A stretch of DNA of 63,881 bases, the filler included, from Octopus bimaculoides (lineage: Eukaryota): the NCBI RefSeq assembly GCF_001194135.2. It is 5 parts of 5 records of this genome, joined end to end, with 100 filler letters (N's around TTAATTAATTAA, not from the genome) between each part and the next. Parts side by side here need not be neighbours in the genome. Positions count along the whole stretch, not along the records: positions 1 to 22,727 come from NC_068997.1; 4 more parts are not named here. One strand, given 5' to 3'. The notes below the pieces were generated by a model that was given only the letters and a program-made list of their open reading frames with translations, had not been told where the DNA came from and searched no databases. Below, piece by piece: positions 1 to 11,685 of the stretch (position 1 is its first letter; every line of letters starts with the position of its first letter). The translations under genes and the position numbers were made by a program.

Positions 1-329
1 GATTTGCAGCATAGTAGGAGGCCAAGGGAGTTGATTCCATGTGAAAAATCCAAGGGTTTTTTTGTTTTTTTTTTGTGAAAAGCATGGTGGTGAGTTGGTA
101 AAATTTTACAGCAAACTTTACTGAAGCTCACTATGACAAGCTCTCTCTTTTGGCCCCTTCACTACTGCGGCATCTACAGCTCTCAGCTCTTCACAGTATC
201 GGTAGGTCCCCTCAACTCAGCTCACCATAACATCACTCCAACATTACTCCAGCCTTTGTACATCTTGCAATGAATCTCTACCAAAATAAAAACTGTTATA
301 GTTATATTTAGTGAGTGTTCATTCGCCAT

Positions 330-520
330 TTACATGCAGCCTACATCTAGTCATTACATTACCAACCAAACATGAATACATTCAATCTCATTAAATCATT
401 GTATTGTTATTGCACCACTTGGTACTTGCATAACAGCTAATGAATGCAGCAGCTGTGAAAAACAACTGGATACTTAGGTTCTTCATGGTTGGTCTTATGA
501 ATATAACACTAGTTGTTACT
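330..520 (-). pseudogene. Possible decayed third paralogous exon (MKNLSIQLFFTAAAFISCYASTKWC...)
   Basis: Acceptor attctgatttcacttag 34 nt before ATGAAGAAC at 486, MKN-x6-FTA spacing as in gene 1, signal-like leader. Stop at 393-391, then tgtaggctgcatgtaaa resembling TGT GGT TGC TGT AAA (CGCCK) with two insertions. Confidence 0.35.
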
Positions 521-629
521 CTAAGTGAAATCAGAATGATAATTGAGCCATTAAAAATAGGTATACAGTGTATACAGGAGCCTGTGGCAGTTGTATCAGT
601 CAGATGGGGAAAGATCAAGCGGTCTAACT

Positions 630-908
630 CAGGGGTTTTCAAACGTTTTGACTTGCAGACTCCTTTATATTTCAGGCTTTACCTTAGGGACCCCCTTATA
701 AACGTTTATGAAATTTATACATAAATATTTGCTTAAAATAACATATAGTTTTACATTTATTTATTTAATAGTATTTAACAAATAGGTTTATTGTTAATTA
801 AAAGATTTTGATTAAAAAACATATATAAAATCAAATTGCCCATAAAAAGTATTTGCTGTCCACGGACCCCCTGTCTTGTCCTTGCGGACCACAGTTTGAA
901 AACCCCTG
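630..908. mobile_element. hAT-type MITE
   Basis: Perfect 15-bp TIR CAGGGGTTTTCAAAC/GTTTGAAAACCCCTG, with 8-bp TSD GTCTAACT at 622-629 and 909-916. Confidence 0.9.
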
Positions 909-1160
909 GTCTAACTTCTAATCCTTTGAGATGGTACCTGAGTGTCATATGAGAATACACCGTAGTGGATACGATTGCATTTTGGCCAAACAACTCTAAA
1001 TCACCAAATTTGATTAAATAGGGCTACACAATTTAATTGTATTTGATCCAAAACATTCTAGACTTGAGATGCATATGACATAATTGCAGTACAACAATTA
1101 ATGAAATCTGCAGATGACTCGTTAATAAAAAGGCTACTTTTGCAAACCTTTTATTTCTAG

Positions 1161-1196
1161 GACTTCCAGTAGCAATATTTCACTATGTTTGAATTG
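1161..1196 (+). other. Candidate 5'UTR micro-exon of gene 1
   Basis: ccttttatttctag acceptor and TTG|GTATTT donor flank 36 nt upstream of the ATG-bearing exon, which itself begins at an acceptor and so needs an upstream exon. No independent support. Confidence 0.3.
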
Positions 1197-2080
1197 GTAT
1201 TTCATCCTCTTAGGAGCAATAAGTTGTCAAATGAGTATTAGTAATGAACAGTGGTTTAATTCAACTGACTGTGAACTGCAAACTGTAGCATTTGTTGATA
1301 ATCCTTCTACTTGCCCTGTGCATTTAAAAATGAGTGCAATTAACCAGTAAGGGTTAGTAATATGAAGTGCATTGGCTTTAGTAGACAGAAACTGATAGGA
1401 GCCCATCATGCATATATGTGCATATGCACATATATGTGTGCATATGTATGTGAGTGTTGGTGTGTGTATGTTTGCGTCTCCTTATAATTATATAATTATT
1501 GTAAATGAGTGTCACTGTCATAAAAGCAGTGTTGTTCATTTCCAGTATTCTACAAAAACATGTCTGGCCTCATGGAAATATTACTCCTCTTAGAAATAGT
1601 TAAGAGATAGCGACAGAAGGGGCATGTGGGCACAGAATTGAGTGGAATTCTTTGGGGTTTGGATAATTCACCTTTGAAAACATGGGTATTTCGCTTGACA
1701 TCCTCAAACAACCTTTATTCAAGGACCTTTTGAGCGGGATGGGCTACTTGACCTGAAGAAAATTCTAACTGGGCCCCACCTGCAAGGTCATGTGCTGTTT
1801 ATCTTGATATGAGACCACTATGTCATGCACATATGGTTGTGATGCATGTGCTTGATGTACCCTTATCAGACGGGTAGTCATGATGGGTATACTGGGCTTC
1901 GTATATTTTACCCCCGTGTCACTTTGATGGCATGCCCTGCTATCTCACTCAATAATAATAATAATTGTGTATGTTGTCATGAACACCCTCATATTATGCT
2001 TAACTATTCTGCCTTACTTTTAATTTTGTTTCAGTTTCTATATAAGCTGACACCCTAATCAAGAAGACAGTGATATCAAT

Positions 2081-2243
2081 ATGAAGAACATACTATTTAC
2101 CATAGTCTTCACGGCACTGCTTACCTTGGCTGCTGGCTTTGTCTATAAGTGTGACAATCAGGACTGTTCTAGCTGTCCTTCTGTGGAAAATTGTGAGAAA
2201 ACTCTAAAATGTGGTTGCTGTAAAATTTGTGTGAAATTCATTA
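2081..2243 (+). CDS. Gene 1 coding exon 1: signal peptide + N-terminal 8-Cys half of an IGFBP (IB) domain
   Basis: Acceptor ttttgtttcag at 2034 and ATG at 2081. Encodes MKNILFTIVFTALLTLAAG|FVYKCDNQDCSSCPSVENCEKTLKCGCCKICVKFI with a hydrophobic leader and an xCGCCxxC IGFBP-type motif. Donor A|GTAAGT after 2243 (phase 1). Confidence 0.9.
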
Positions 2244-2699
2244 GTAAGTATGAGAGTTTAAATTGCATCATCCATTTAACTTGTAAACCTGATAAATTGT
2301 GTTTATGCTTGTATTCACAAATATGTTGTGCAACGTATAGTCATCATCATTTAACGTCGGCTTTCCTTGCTGGCATGGGTTGGACAGTTTGACAGCACCA
2401 GGCTTCACTGTCAGTTTTGGCAGGGTCTGGCTTATAGTTGGCTGTACTCTAGTCAACACTGAGGTTTGATGTTTATAATATATGTACGCCAGATAACAAT
2501 TGAGTTTGTGGTTAGCTTCACTCCAGTCATGTTTAGAATTTATTCTTTTTTACTCTAGGCACAAAGCCCAAAATTTTGGGGGAGGGGGCCAGTCTATTAG
2601 ATCGACCCCAGTACGCAACTGGTGCTTTTGCCTGTCGTGCTAATATTTCTGCCAGCTCGCCACCTTACGCTTAAAGTTTGTCAAACCTCAGATAAAACT

Positions 2700-3180
2700 A
2701 CAGTTTATATTTCAGATAGAACTTGATGGTATGAGGCCCCTCGTCTGGGATGCCACATGCTGTGATACCTTCTCTAGTGGCAACTTGGTGTGTTCAGCTA
2801 CAAGTCCAGACTCTGCTGCTCATTAGGTTGAGAAAAGCAAACTGCCAAAGCATCAGTCATTCTCTGAAGGTTTATGGTTGAACCAGTAATGGTGGAGATC
2901 TCCAGTGTTCTCGGCCCCAGACCATATCCCTGCTCACCACAATTAGGGTGGAGATGGCTATCTGCAGGTTCAAACCCCATGAATCAGAGTGGCTATTCCA
3001 GCGCATCTCCCTCACCATCTTCCTGGGCAACGTCTTTTCCATTTTATTTGCTGTGACCATAAGGCAGTCTGAATTACAGGAAATCAGGTGAATGCAAGAA
3101 TTTTGTAGCTTACTACATGAACATTAAAATAATGAAGTGCTTCTGTTGCAACAAGAAAAAAAGGAAAAAGAAAAAGAAAA
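2700..3180 (+). mobile_element. 3' remnant of a CRE-like (RLE-type) non-LTR retrotransposon in a gene 1 intron
   Basis: Frameshifted translation PLVWDATCCDTFSSGNLVCSATSPDSAA..K / EPVMVEISSVLGP..LGWR / PHESEWLFQRISLTIFLGNVFSIL matches the WDxTCxDT..AA..K..ET.G..QRIS...GN endonuclease tail. A-rich end at 3155-3180. Confidence 0.75.
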
Positions 3181-3191
3181 ATTACCAAATT

Positions 3192-3580
3192 AAGCGCAGG
3201 AGTGGCTGTGTGGTAAGTAGCTTGCTTACCAACCACATGGTTCCAGGTTAAGTCTCATTGCGTGGCACCTTGGACAAGTGTCTTCTACTATAGCCTCGGG
3301 CCGACCGAAGCCTTGTGAGTGGATTTGATAGACGGAAACTGAAAGAAGCCCGTCGTATATATGTATATATATATGTGTGTTTGTGTGCCTGTGTGTCCCC
3401 CCACCATCGCTTGACAACCGATGCTGGTGTGTTTACGTCCCCATAACTTAGCAGTTTGGCAAAAAGAGACCGATAGAATAAGTCCTAGGCTTACAAAGAA
3501 TAAGTCCTGGTGTCGAATTGCTCAACTGAAGGCGGTGCTCCAGCATGGCCACTGTCAAATGACTGAAACAAGTAAAAGAG
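3192..3580 (+). mobile_element. tRNA-derived SINE family A, near full length
   Basis: GGAGTGGCTGTGTGGTAAG A-box-like head, GGTTCAG B-box region, ccttgggcaagtgtcttctact core, internal (TA/TG)n, tail ...gactgaaacaagtaaaaga. Related copies at about 4470-4815, 6408-6600, 21765-22250 and 33160-33470. Confidence 0.85.
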
Positions 3581-3898
3581 TAAGTGAGTTCAGAATCATG
3601 CTTTCATCTTCTGACCCACAACTCCACAATATATTACAGATATATTGTGAAATCTTTGAATGAGGCAGATAATTCAGTTTTTCTTTCAGTTTAGCGAGGA
3701 GTAAAACAAAAGAACCAGTGCAAGGTATACTTGTTCATTGTCTACTCTGTAATGATAGAGATAGATTTCTCATATTTCTCTGTCAGTTATTTCTCTTCAA
3801 AGAAACCAAAATTTGAACTTTGTCCTTTTTGAATCTTTTAAGTAGATGAAATGGTTCAATTTCTTGTATTAAAGTAAGCTTTTGTACATTTATTCCAG

Positions 3899-4003
3899 AG
3901 GAAGATGAAATCTGCATCTCTACAACCAAAATGCTTCTGCAAACTCATTTGGAATGTGCTACAGGACTTTTGTGTAATCCATATACCAAGAAATGTACTA
4001 AAG
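3899..4003 (+). CDS. Gene 1 coding exon 2: C-terminal 4-Cys half of IGFBP domain
   Basis: Acceptor tttattccag, donor G|GTATGT, 105 nt, phase 1-1. Reads (K)EDEICISTTKMLLQTHLECATGLLCNPYTKKCTK, matching the ExC...C..GLxC...C pattern that completes a 12-Cys IB domain. Confidence 0.88.
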
Positions 4004-4308
4004 GTATGTTTTTGGAGTGTTTATACTTTTGTTGGTTTCAATTTTTGGACAGTGTATCTTTTAGTCAGGAAGGAAGTGGCTACTTGTAGTGGCTATGCAT
4101 GCATGTGTGTAAACAAAAACTGGAAAATGTGATATATTGTAATTCCATGTTACATGTGTTTCCTTAACATCTATATACTCTGGGATCTTGAATAAAAGCA
4201 CCTCACAAATTCACATCAAGAATCTTGTTAATCAAATACAAAAGCTCTATAAGCTTTAGCCTTCCACATTATAAATTAACCAGATTTTATTTATTTATTT
4301 ATTTTCAG

Positions 4309-4381
4309 ATCACAGTTTCCTCAACCAACTGCAAGAGAAAAAGCCTTCATTTAATAATACTGTCATCTGCCACAACGACAT
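4309..4381 (+). CDS. Gene 1 coding exon 3: start of degenerate thyroglobulin type-1 domain
   Basis: Acceptor tttattttcag, donor AT|GTACGT, phase 1-2, open frame (D)HSFLNQLQEKKPSFNNTVICHND(I). Phases join both neighbouring exons. Confidence 0.8.
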
Positions 4382-5231
4382 GTACGTAACATTGAATCTA
4401 TGTACTATTCCAGTTTTGTAGAATTGTCTATTGAACATGTAGTTGTTGATTTCTTATAAGCATATAGACATAAGAGTGGCTGTGTTGTAAGATGCTCACT
4501 TCCTAACCACATGGCTCCAGGTTCAGTCCTACTGCATGGCACCTTGGGCAAGTGTTTCTATTACAACCTTGGGCTGACCAACGCCTTGCAAGTGGATTTG
4601 GCAGACGGAAACTGAAAGAAGCCTGTCATATGTGTCTGTGTGTGTGTGTGTGTTTGTTTGTTTGTTTCCCATAACCTCTTGATTAATGATGTTTGTCTGT
4701 TTATGTCTCTCATGACTTAGCAGTTTGACAAAAGAGTCTAATAGAATAAGTACTGGGTTAAAATTCCTCAAGGCCTGACACAGCAGGAGCGCAGTCTAAT
4801 GATTGAAACAAGTAAAAAAAAAAATGAAAGATAAAACACCCCTGGTTTATATGAGATGAGGCACAATGTAGTGAGATGAAAATGATAAAAACAGCATCCT
4901 GATATTAGTTCTTCACTTGGCTATTTGCATTCTAGAACACTAAATCTTTTACTTGTTCCAGTCATCGGATTGTGGTCGTGTTGTGGCACCACGTTGAAGG
5001 GTTTAGTCATACAGTTCGGCTCCAGTATTTATTTATTTTTTTATTTATTTATTTTTTTCAATCTGATACTTATTCTATTAGTCTCTGTTGCTGAACCAAT
5101 AAATTACAGGGACATAAACAAACCAACACCAGTTGTCAATTGGTTGTGGGAACAAACAGCACAAAAAGGCACCCCCAGTTGCCTACACATATATATGTAT
5201 ATGTTTGTGTGTGTGTGTGTTTGTGTGTGTA

Positions 5232-5572
5232 AGGCACACGGCTCAGTGGTTTGAACATTGGACTCACAATCATGAGATAGTGAGTTCAATTCCAAGACTG
5301 GACTGTAAGTTGTATTCTTGAGCAAGACACTATATTTCACGTTGCTCCAGTTCACTTAGCTGTAGAAATGAGTTGCAACATCACTTGTGCCAAGCTGTAT
5401 CAGCCTTTGCCCTTTCCTTTAATTACTATTAGTGGCATGGGGAGAGGAGGCTGATATGCATAGGCAACTACTGGTCTTCCATAAGCAACCTTGCCCAGAC
5501 TTGTGCCTCGGAGAGTAACTTTCTTGATGCAACCCCATGATCATTCATAATCGAAGTGGGTCTTTACCCTTT
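5232..5572 (+). mobile_element. tRNA-derived SINE family C
   Basis: Head GGCTCAGTGG...GAGTTCAATTCC (A and B boxes). Second copy at 10482-10810, partial minus copy at about 18795-18955. Confidence 0.85.
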
Positions 5573-6061
5573 ACTTTGTTATTTTCTTGTTTGTATTTGT
5601 AATTGTATAACATGTTCTCTGGTTTTCTTTTTTTTTATCTTTGTTGCCATACACATTCGCTTGCTTTCCCTCAAAAAAAATTAAAGCTCTCAGCTTAGAT
5701 TTTTGGGGGCAACCAGATTTGAACAGTCTCAAGTGTAACTGCCCGAAACTGTAAGGATAATTTCGTAACTTGACTGATGAGAGAAACTTGCAAATGATCC
5801 ATCCTTGTTTTTCCCTGTCCATCTTTTTATTATTTTTTCTGTTTGTCTTCACATCATCTATCATTATTGTTGTCTGTTTACGTTCTTACCGCCCCCACCG
5901 CCCAAAAAAAATTGCTGGCCATGTGCCAAAATCTGAAACCAATATTTCTTAAAATTATTTCGTGGCATGGAAGAAGGTGCCCATCAAAACGGACTCACTT
6001 CATTTTTTTTTTTTTGTTTGTTTATTTCTTGTTTTACTTATTTATTTATTTTTCTTTCTAG

Positions 6062-6141
6062 ATGTTACTGCAGCTTTAAGGGACAAATACTTACAGGATA
6101 TACAGCTCTGCATATCAATCATCTTACTCCCTTGTCTTGTA
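6062..6141 (+). CDS. Gene 1 coding exon 4: CYC...C half of first TY domain
   Basis: Long pyrimidine tract + ctag acceptor, donor A|GTAAGT, phase 2-1. Reads CYCSFKGQILTGYTALHINHLTPLSC with the CxC..G motif of TY domains. Confidence 0.85.
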
Positions 6142-6587
6142 GTAAGTAATCTTGCTAACCTATTCTTTCCAACACTCCACTCTTCATTGTTCTTTCCTTG
6201 TTGTCTCCAAGCTGAGATTATTTATAAGACCATTCTTCTATAGAACTGAAATGACAAGAGTAAATAAAAATCAAAACCCTTAGCCTTTCAACATGTAAAC
6301 CAGCCATATCCAGCCCAAATAACTTATCTATTTTATGCTCAAACCAACCAGATTTGGCCTCTCATATCTATCCAATAGTATCATTCTAAAAAATTAAACA
6401 TTCACATCAGGAGTGGCTGTGTGGTAAGTAGCTTGCTTACCAACCACATGGTTCCGGGTTCAGTCCCACTGTGTGGCATCTTGGGCAAGGGCAAGTGTCT
6501 TCTACTATAGCCTCGGGCCGACCAAAGCCTTGAGTGGATTTGGTAGACGGAAACTGAAAGAAGCCCGTCGTATATATGTATATATAT

Positions 6588-6624
<37 letters not shown>

Positions 6625-6796
6625 AGTCAGTAAATAGTGGGGTTGTGTTAACCGCACATGGAGAAATAATAGGAAAATGAAATAAACATTTTCATTCTCC
6701 TTCTTCTTGATAATTTGCTTTTCGCAATGAAAACTGGTTAGAGATCTTTATTAAAATATGCTTCCAGTTTAGCATTCTGCCTTTTTTTCATTTTCC

Positions 6797-6827
<31 letters not shown>

Positions 6828-7211
6828 CTGTGTTTGTCCCCCCCCCCCAACCTCTCACAGTTGCCTTACCTGCTAGAAATAGCAGCACACATGCTCTTAC
6901 ATCAGATCCCAATGCTGGCTGTTCAACAACCAAATGAAGGTCAGATTTTCAATCTCAGGATCATCCTGATTCCAAAAAAGGGTATAGTATGTCTATGTAG
7001 AGCAAACGTAGACTGAGATTCAGGGATCCTGGACAGACAGAGTTTCACTTTTATTTATATAGATGATGGAAGCGTGTCAGTGTCAAACGTGTGTTTAGGG
7101 ATCAAAGGAGGAACCTGTGTTAAGGATCAAAGTTAAAACATATGATTGCAGATCTTTTTATTTGATATTTCTAAAATTTCTTCAAAGAACAATAGCAGCT
7201 TTCCTTTACAT

Positions 7212-7500
7212 CACAGGTTCTCAACCAGGGTCTATATCAAATTTTGGGAGGTCCACGCCCCAAAACAGTAAATTGGGGATCCACAATAGTATTTTAAGGG
7301 CCCCTGAAAAAATTTTGCTTTATATGTATGTATTGCAAGAAAGGGCTAGGTTTCTTTCTTTGGCATTTTACAACAAAATAGGAATTTTGAAAGACATTTC
7401 TATAAGACTAGATTTTAAGCATTAAGTGGCTATGGGGGGTCCACTGGAGTAAAATAGTAATCAAAGGGGTTCATTGATAAAAAATAGTTGAGAAGCCCTG
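7212..7500. mobile_element. Older hAT-type MITE
   Basis: Imperfect TIR (cacaggttctcaacc / agttgagaagccctg); 8-bp TSD CTTTACAT/CTTTAGAT (7/8). Confidence 0.65.
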
Positions 7501-7771
7501 CTTTAGATTAATACACGTCTTTATATGTGAACTGGGGTCAATTCAAAAGTTGTTTCAATGAATTCTATTTACTCAATGAACTTAAATTGCTTCAGTGGAT
7601 AACATCTGCACTTAAGAATAAATTTGGTAAAATGTAACATGTCTGTTGAGGATAGGAGCAGTTCTCTTATTGGAAGCTTTAACTTGTCAGTGTAAAAGAA
7701 TTGTACTAATCTTCTAGATAGATTTCTGTTTTGTTCTCTATAATCATATATTTTATTTCTTAACTTTACAG

Positions 7772-7962
7772 ACTGTGCTAGACACAAAGTTAACTATAAG
7801 AAATCAGGGTTACTTGGGAAACTGTTTCTGTGCACCAAAAAGGGTAGCTACGAGAACATTCAGTGTAGTGGGTCAAGTTGTTATTGTGCTGATGAATCTG
7901 GAAAACAAGTAAAGGATAAAGAAGGATTTCATATAAGTGAGATCGAGAGTTACCAGTGTTAA
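7772..7962 (+). CDS. Gene 1 coding exon 5: complete thyroglobulin type-1 domain + stop
   Basis: Acceptor taactttacag, phase 1. Reads (N)CARHKVNYKKSGLLGKLFLCTKKGSYENIQCSGSSCYCADESGKQVKDKEGFHISEIESYQC*, with six Cys and the G-x-Y...QC...CYC-x-D-x-x-G TY signature. TAA at 7960-7962, donor AAG|GTTTGT after 7967. Total CDS 612 nt = 203 aa. Confidence 0.92.
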
Positions 7963-8145
7963 TTAAGGTTTGTATTGTTTGTATTTTCATCGAGTTTACC
8001 TTTGACTTGCTTCCCCACTGCATCATATATAAACACTCGTACACACATATATAAACACATACACACACTCGTACACACATATAGACACACACACACACAC
8101 ACACTCGTACACACATATATAAACACACACACACACATACATACA

Positions 8146-8380
8146 GTGGGGTGTTGAAAAGTCTCTGGCTTTGGGTAAAAGAAAATACAGGAGGATCAGT
8201 TAATTATGATTTTATTCAACATATTCCCCTCTCAGATTCACACACTTATTGCAGTGGTCCTTCAATTCTTCTAAGCCTTATAAAAGAACTCTGAAGGTTG
8301 GGCCTCCAACCAGGCCTTTTGCAATACCCTTAAAGCCAGGAACTTTGCAGCACCCCCTCGTACATGCATATATGCAAGCA
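8146..8380. mobile_element. Tc1/mariner-type MITE
   Basis: Inverted ends ggggtgttgaaaagtctctggcttt / aaagccaggaactttgcagcaccccc, in TA-repeat context. Confidence 0.7.
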
Positions 8381-9258
8381 TGCATTTGTATGTATGTGTG
8401 TGTTTGTTTCGCTTTGTCTTGACATAGTGTGATTATTGTAAACAAGTGTCACTATCAAACAAGCAATGTCGTTCATTTCCAATATCCTGCAAAAACACAT
8501 CTGGCCATGGAGAAATATTAGCTTGCCTTGAAACAGGTACTTGTTAACAAGAGTTTTTTTTACTTGTTTCAGTCATTTGACTGCAGCCATGCTGAGGCAC
8601 AGCCCTGAAGGGTTTAGTAAAATTGATTCCAGTACTTATTTTGTCTTAAAGCTGATATTCTATCAGTTTTTTTTTTGTTTTTTTTTTGCTGAACCACTAA
8701 ATTATGGGGCCATAGAGACAAATCAATAATTTGGTGGTCACCAGTTGTCAAGTAATGGTGAAAACACACACACACATGGCACAGTTTCTTTTATTCTCTG
8801 TCTACCAAATCCATTTACAAGGCTTTTAATCCTGGAGCTATAACAGAAGACATTTGCCCAAGGGCCTACACTGTGGGACTAAGCCCAGAACCACATTGGG
8901 AAGCAAACTTTTTGCCACACACACCCATACCTGCATCATCATCATCATCATTTAACGCCTGCCTTCCATGCAGGCATGGGTTGGACAGTTTGACAGGGGT
9001 CAGCCAGGTAGAAGACTATCCCAGGCTACTCTGTCTGTTTTGGCAGGGTTTTTATGGCTGGATTCCCTTCCTAACACCAACCACACCATCTAAACCCTGC
9101 ATCTAAATGCAAAAAGAAAAATCCAAATTAATATAAATACATCTATCATCGATATTTAACTGATCCTCTACTGATCAGAAGGTGAATTATGTCCATGTCT
9201 ATAAATTTCAGACTATTTTGCACTGCTTATTTATATAATAATTTTCTGCTTATTTCAG

Positions 9259-9610
9259 ATTATATTTTCCAAAAGGAAGCATTCAGATGATTCTAGTGAT
9301 TCAAACTTCATTGTCTGTAAACTGTATTCAAAATCCTTTTTATATTATTGTTATAGAGATAGTAGTTAATAGTGGAAAGATGTTATCAATAGCCAAGCAA
9401 AAATAACTTTATCACCAACACAATATGATGTTAATGTTTTTCTTGTCACGTTATTTCCACGTTATTTATAATATTTCTTATTGATGAAGGCATTTCAAAT
9501 TTTGTTACGAATCTGTTATGCATTTAAGTGTTTAAGCATATTTTTATTAACTCATGCATTTATTACTTGATGTATTTTACCCAGAAATAAAATATTTTAA
9601 AGCAAGTCAG
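9259..9610 (+). other. Gene 1 probable non-coding 3'UTR exon with polyadenylation signal
   Basis: Acceptor ttttctgcttatttcag at 9258, unique AT-rich sequence, AATAAA at 9586-9591. The 3' end is approximate. Confidence 0.55.
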
Positions 9611-11184
9611 AGAGTGGATGTAGTTTTTATCTTAGCATCATCATTTCTTTTATTTATTTTTTACTTGTTTTAGTCATTGGACTGTGCCCATGCTAGGGCA
9701 TTATCTAGAAGTGTTATTTAATCAGACAAATTGCTCTCAGTACTTATTTTTAAGTCAGGTTTTCCTATGCTATTGGTCTCTTGCTAAACTGACAATGATT
9801 TAAACAAGCTATCACCAGTTGTCAAGTGAGGGCATACACATACACATGTGTGTATGTTTGTGTGTGTGTGATTAAGGAGTTTATTTCCCAATTGTGGTCT
9901 TGGGTTCAGGACCACTGTGTGATACCTTGGGTTATAATTCCTGGCTGACGAAAGATTTGTCAGTGGACACTAGAAAATGCCCATTGTGTGTGTGTGTATG
10001 TGTGTATGCCCTTACCTAGACACCATGTGATGGTTGTAAATGAACATCCTCGTCATACAAGCAAGATTATTCATCTCAAATCTTCTGTGATAAATATGTC
10101 TGAACATGGAGAAATACTACCCTTGCAAGGAAGCAAATGTGGATTGGCAACAGGAAGAGCATCCAGCTGTAGAAAATATCCCTCAACAAGTTCTGTCTGA
10201 CACATGCTAGCATAAAAAAATAGTTGTTAAATGATGATGATCATCATATATATCAGGTAGTTTCCTATCTGGCTGGCTCCTGTCAACTATCCTACCCATG
10301 CATATATGGAAGACAGACGTTAAGTGATGATGATATATATATACGACGGGCTTCTGTCAGTTTTCACCTACCAAATTCACTCACAAGACAATTAGTTGAT
10401 CCAAAGCTATAGGAAAAGACACTTGCAAGGGTGCTGTGCAGTGGGCTTTCAATTTGTTTGTCTTATAAAGTTTACTGAGGAAAGGTGCATGGCTTAGTGA
10501 TTTGAGCTTCAGGCTCACAATCACGAGGTAGTGAGTTCAATTCCTGGACCAAGTTGTGTATTGTGTTCTTGAACAAGACCCTTTATTTCACATTGCTCCA
10601 GTTTATTCATCTGTAGAAATGAGTTGCAACGTCACTGGTGCCAAGCTGTTTCGGCCTTTACCTTTCCCTTGGATAACATCATTGGCATGGAGAGGAGAGG
10701 CTGGTATGCATGGGCAACTGCTGGTCTTTCTTAAACAACCTTGTCTGGATTTGTGCTTCAGAGGGTAACTTTCTAGGTGCAAACCCATGGTCATTCATGA
10801 CCAAAGGGGGATTTCTTCACTGAGGAATTTCTTAAAACTCTTCTCTACTCCTAACCTTGTATAACAACATTGGAAAATATGGGTATTTCTGTAAGCATGA
10901 ATGAACAAATGATTGCATTTAACCCTTTTGCACATAAACCAGATATATCCAGCCCACATTTACTTGTTTTATGTTCAAACCAACCAGATTTGACCTCTCA
11001 CATGTACCTTACATTAAAGTCACATAATCAAAATCTCAAAACCACAAGATAATACCTGATTGATTCAAATCAATATGAATAAATAAGTATTACATTTGAC
11101 AGAGGAATCTGAATGTGAACAGGTTGAACTATAAGGTGAATTTATCTAAAGTCAATATGTAAAAATAAAAACAAAGACCTTTTC

Positions 11185-11312
<128 letters not shown>

Positions 11313-11640
11313 AACATGGTATTTGCTGATATAAAAATACATCCACATTAAGTTGGATACATACATATACATACATACATACACACTCAAATATGAATAT
11401 ACATGTATATACACACATATTTATACAATATGCATATGCAAAATCCAGGGCCAATGCAGAGGAATTAAGATATTATTTCTCTAACTTGAGTGTTTATTTT
11501 GAAATCTCACATTACCTCATGTATTCTCATCCAAAATGGAGATAAATAACAACATTCTCGAATGGATCACTTGAATAATTGTGGAGATCTTTCTCCATGA
11601 AACCACTGGTTGCCTTGTTAATCCACAAATAAAGTATATA

Positions 11641-11685
<45 letters not shown>

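Noticed and set aside
2081-2392. 103-aa single-exon ORF from the track as a complete protein
   Set aside because: It reads through a consensus donor at 2244 into intron and a LINE tail. Only 2081-2243 is supported as an exon; the same applies to ORF 18195-18491.
2798-3060. Minus-strand ORFs resembling a processed pseudogene
   Set aside because: They are antisense to a CRE-like retroelement endonuclease tail that is recognisable on the + strand.
5232-5305. tRNA genes at SINE heads
   Set aside because: The A/B boxes continue into SINE bodies present in many copies, and I could not fold a complete cloverleaf.
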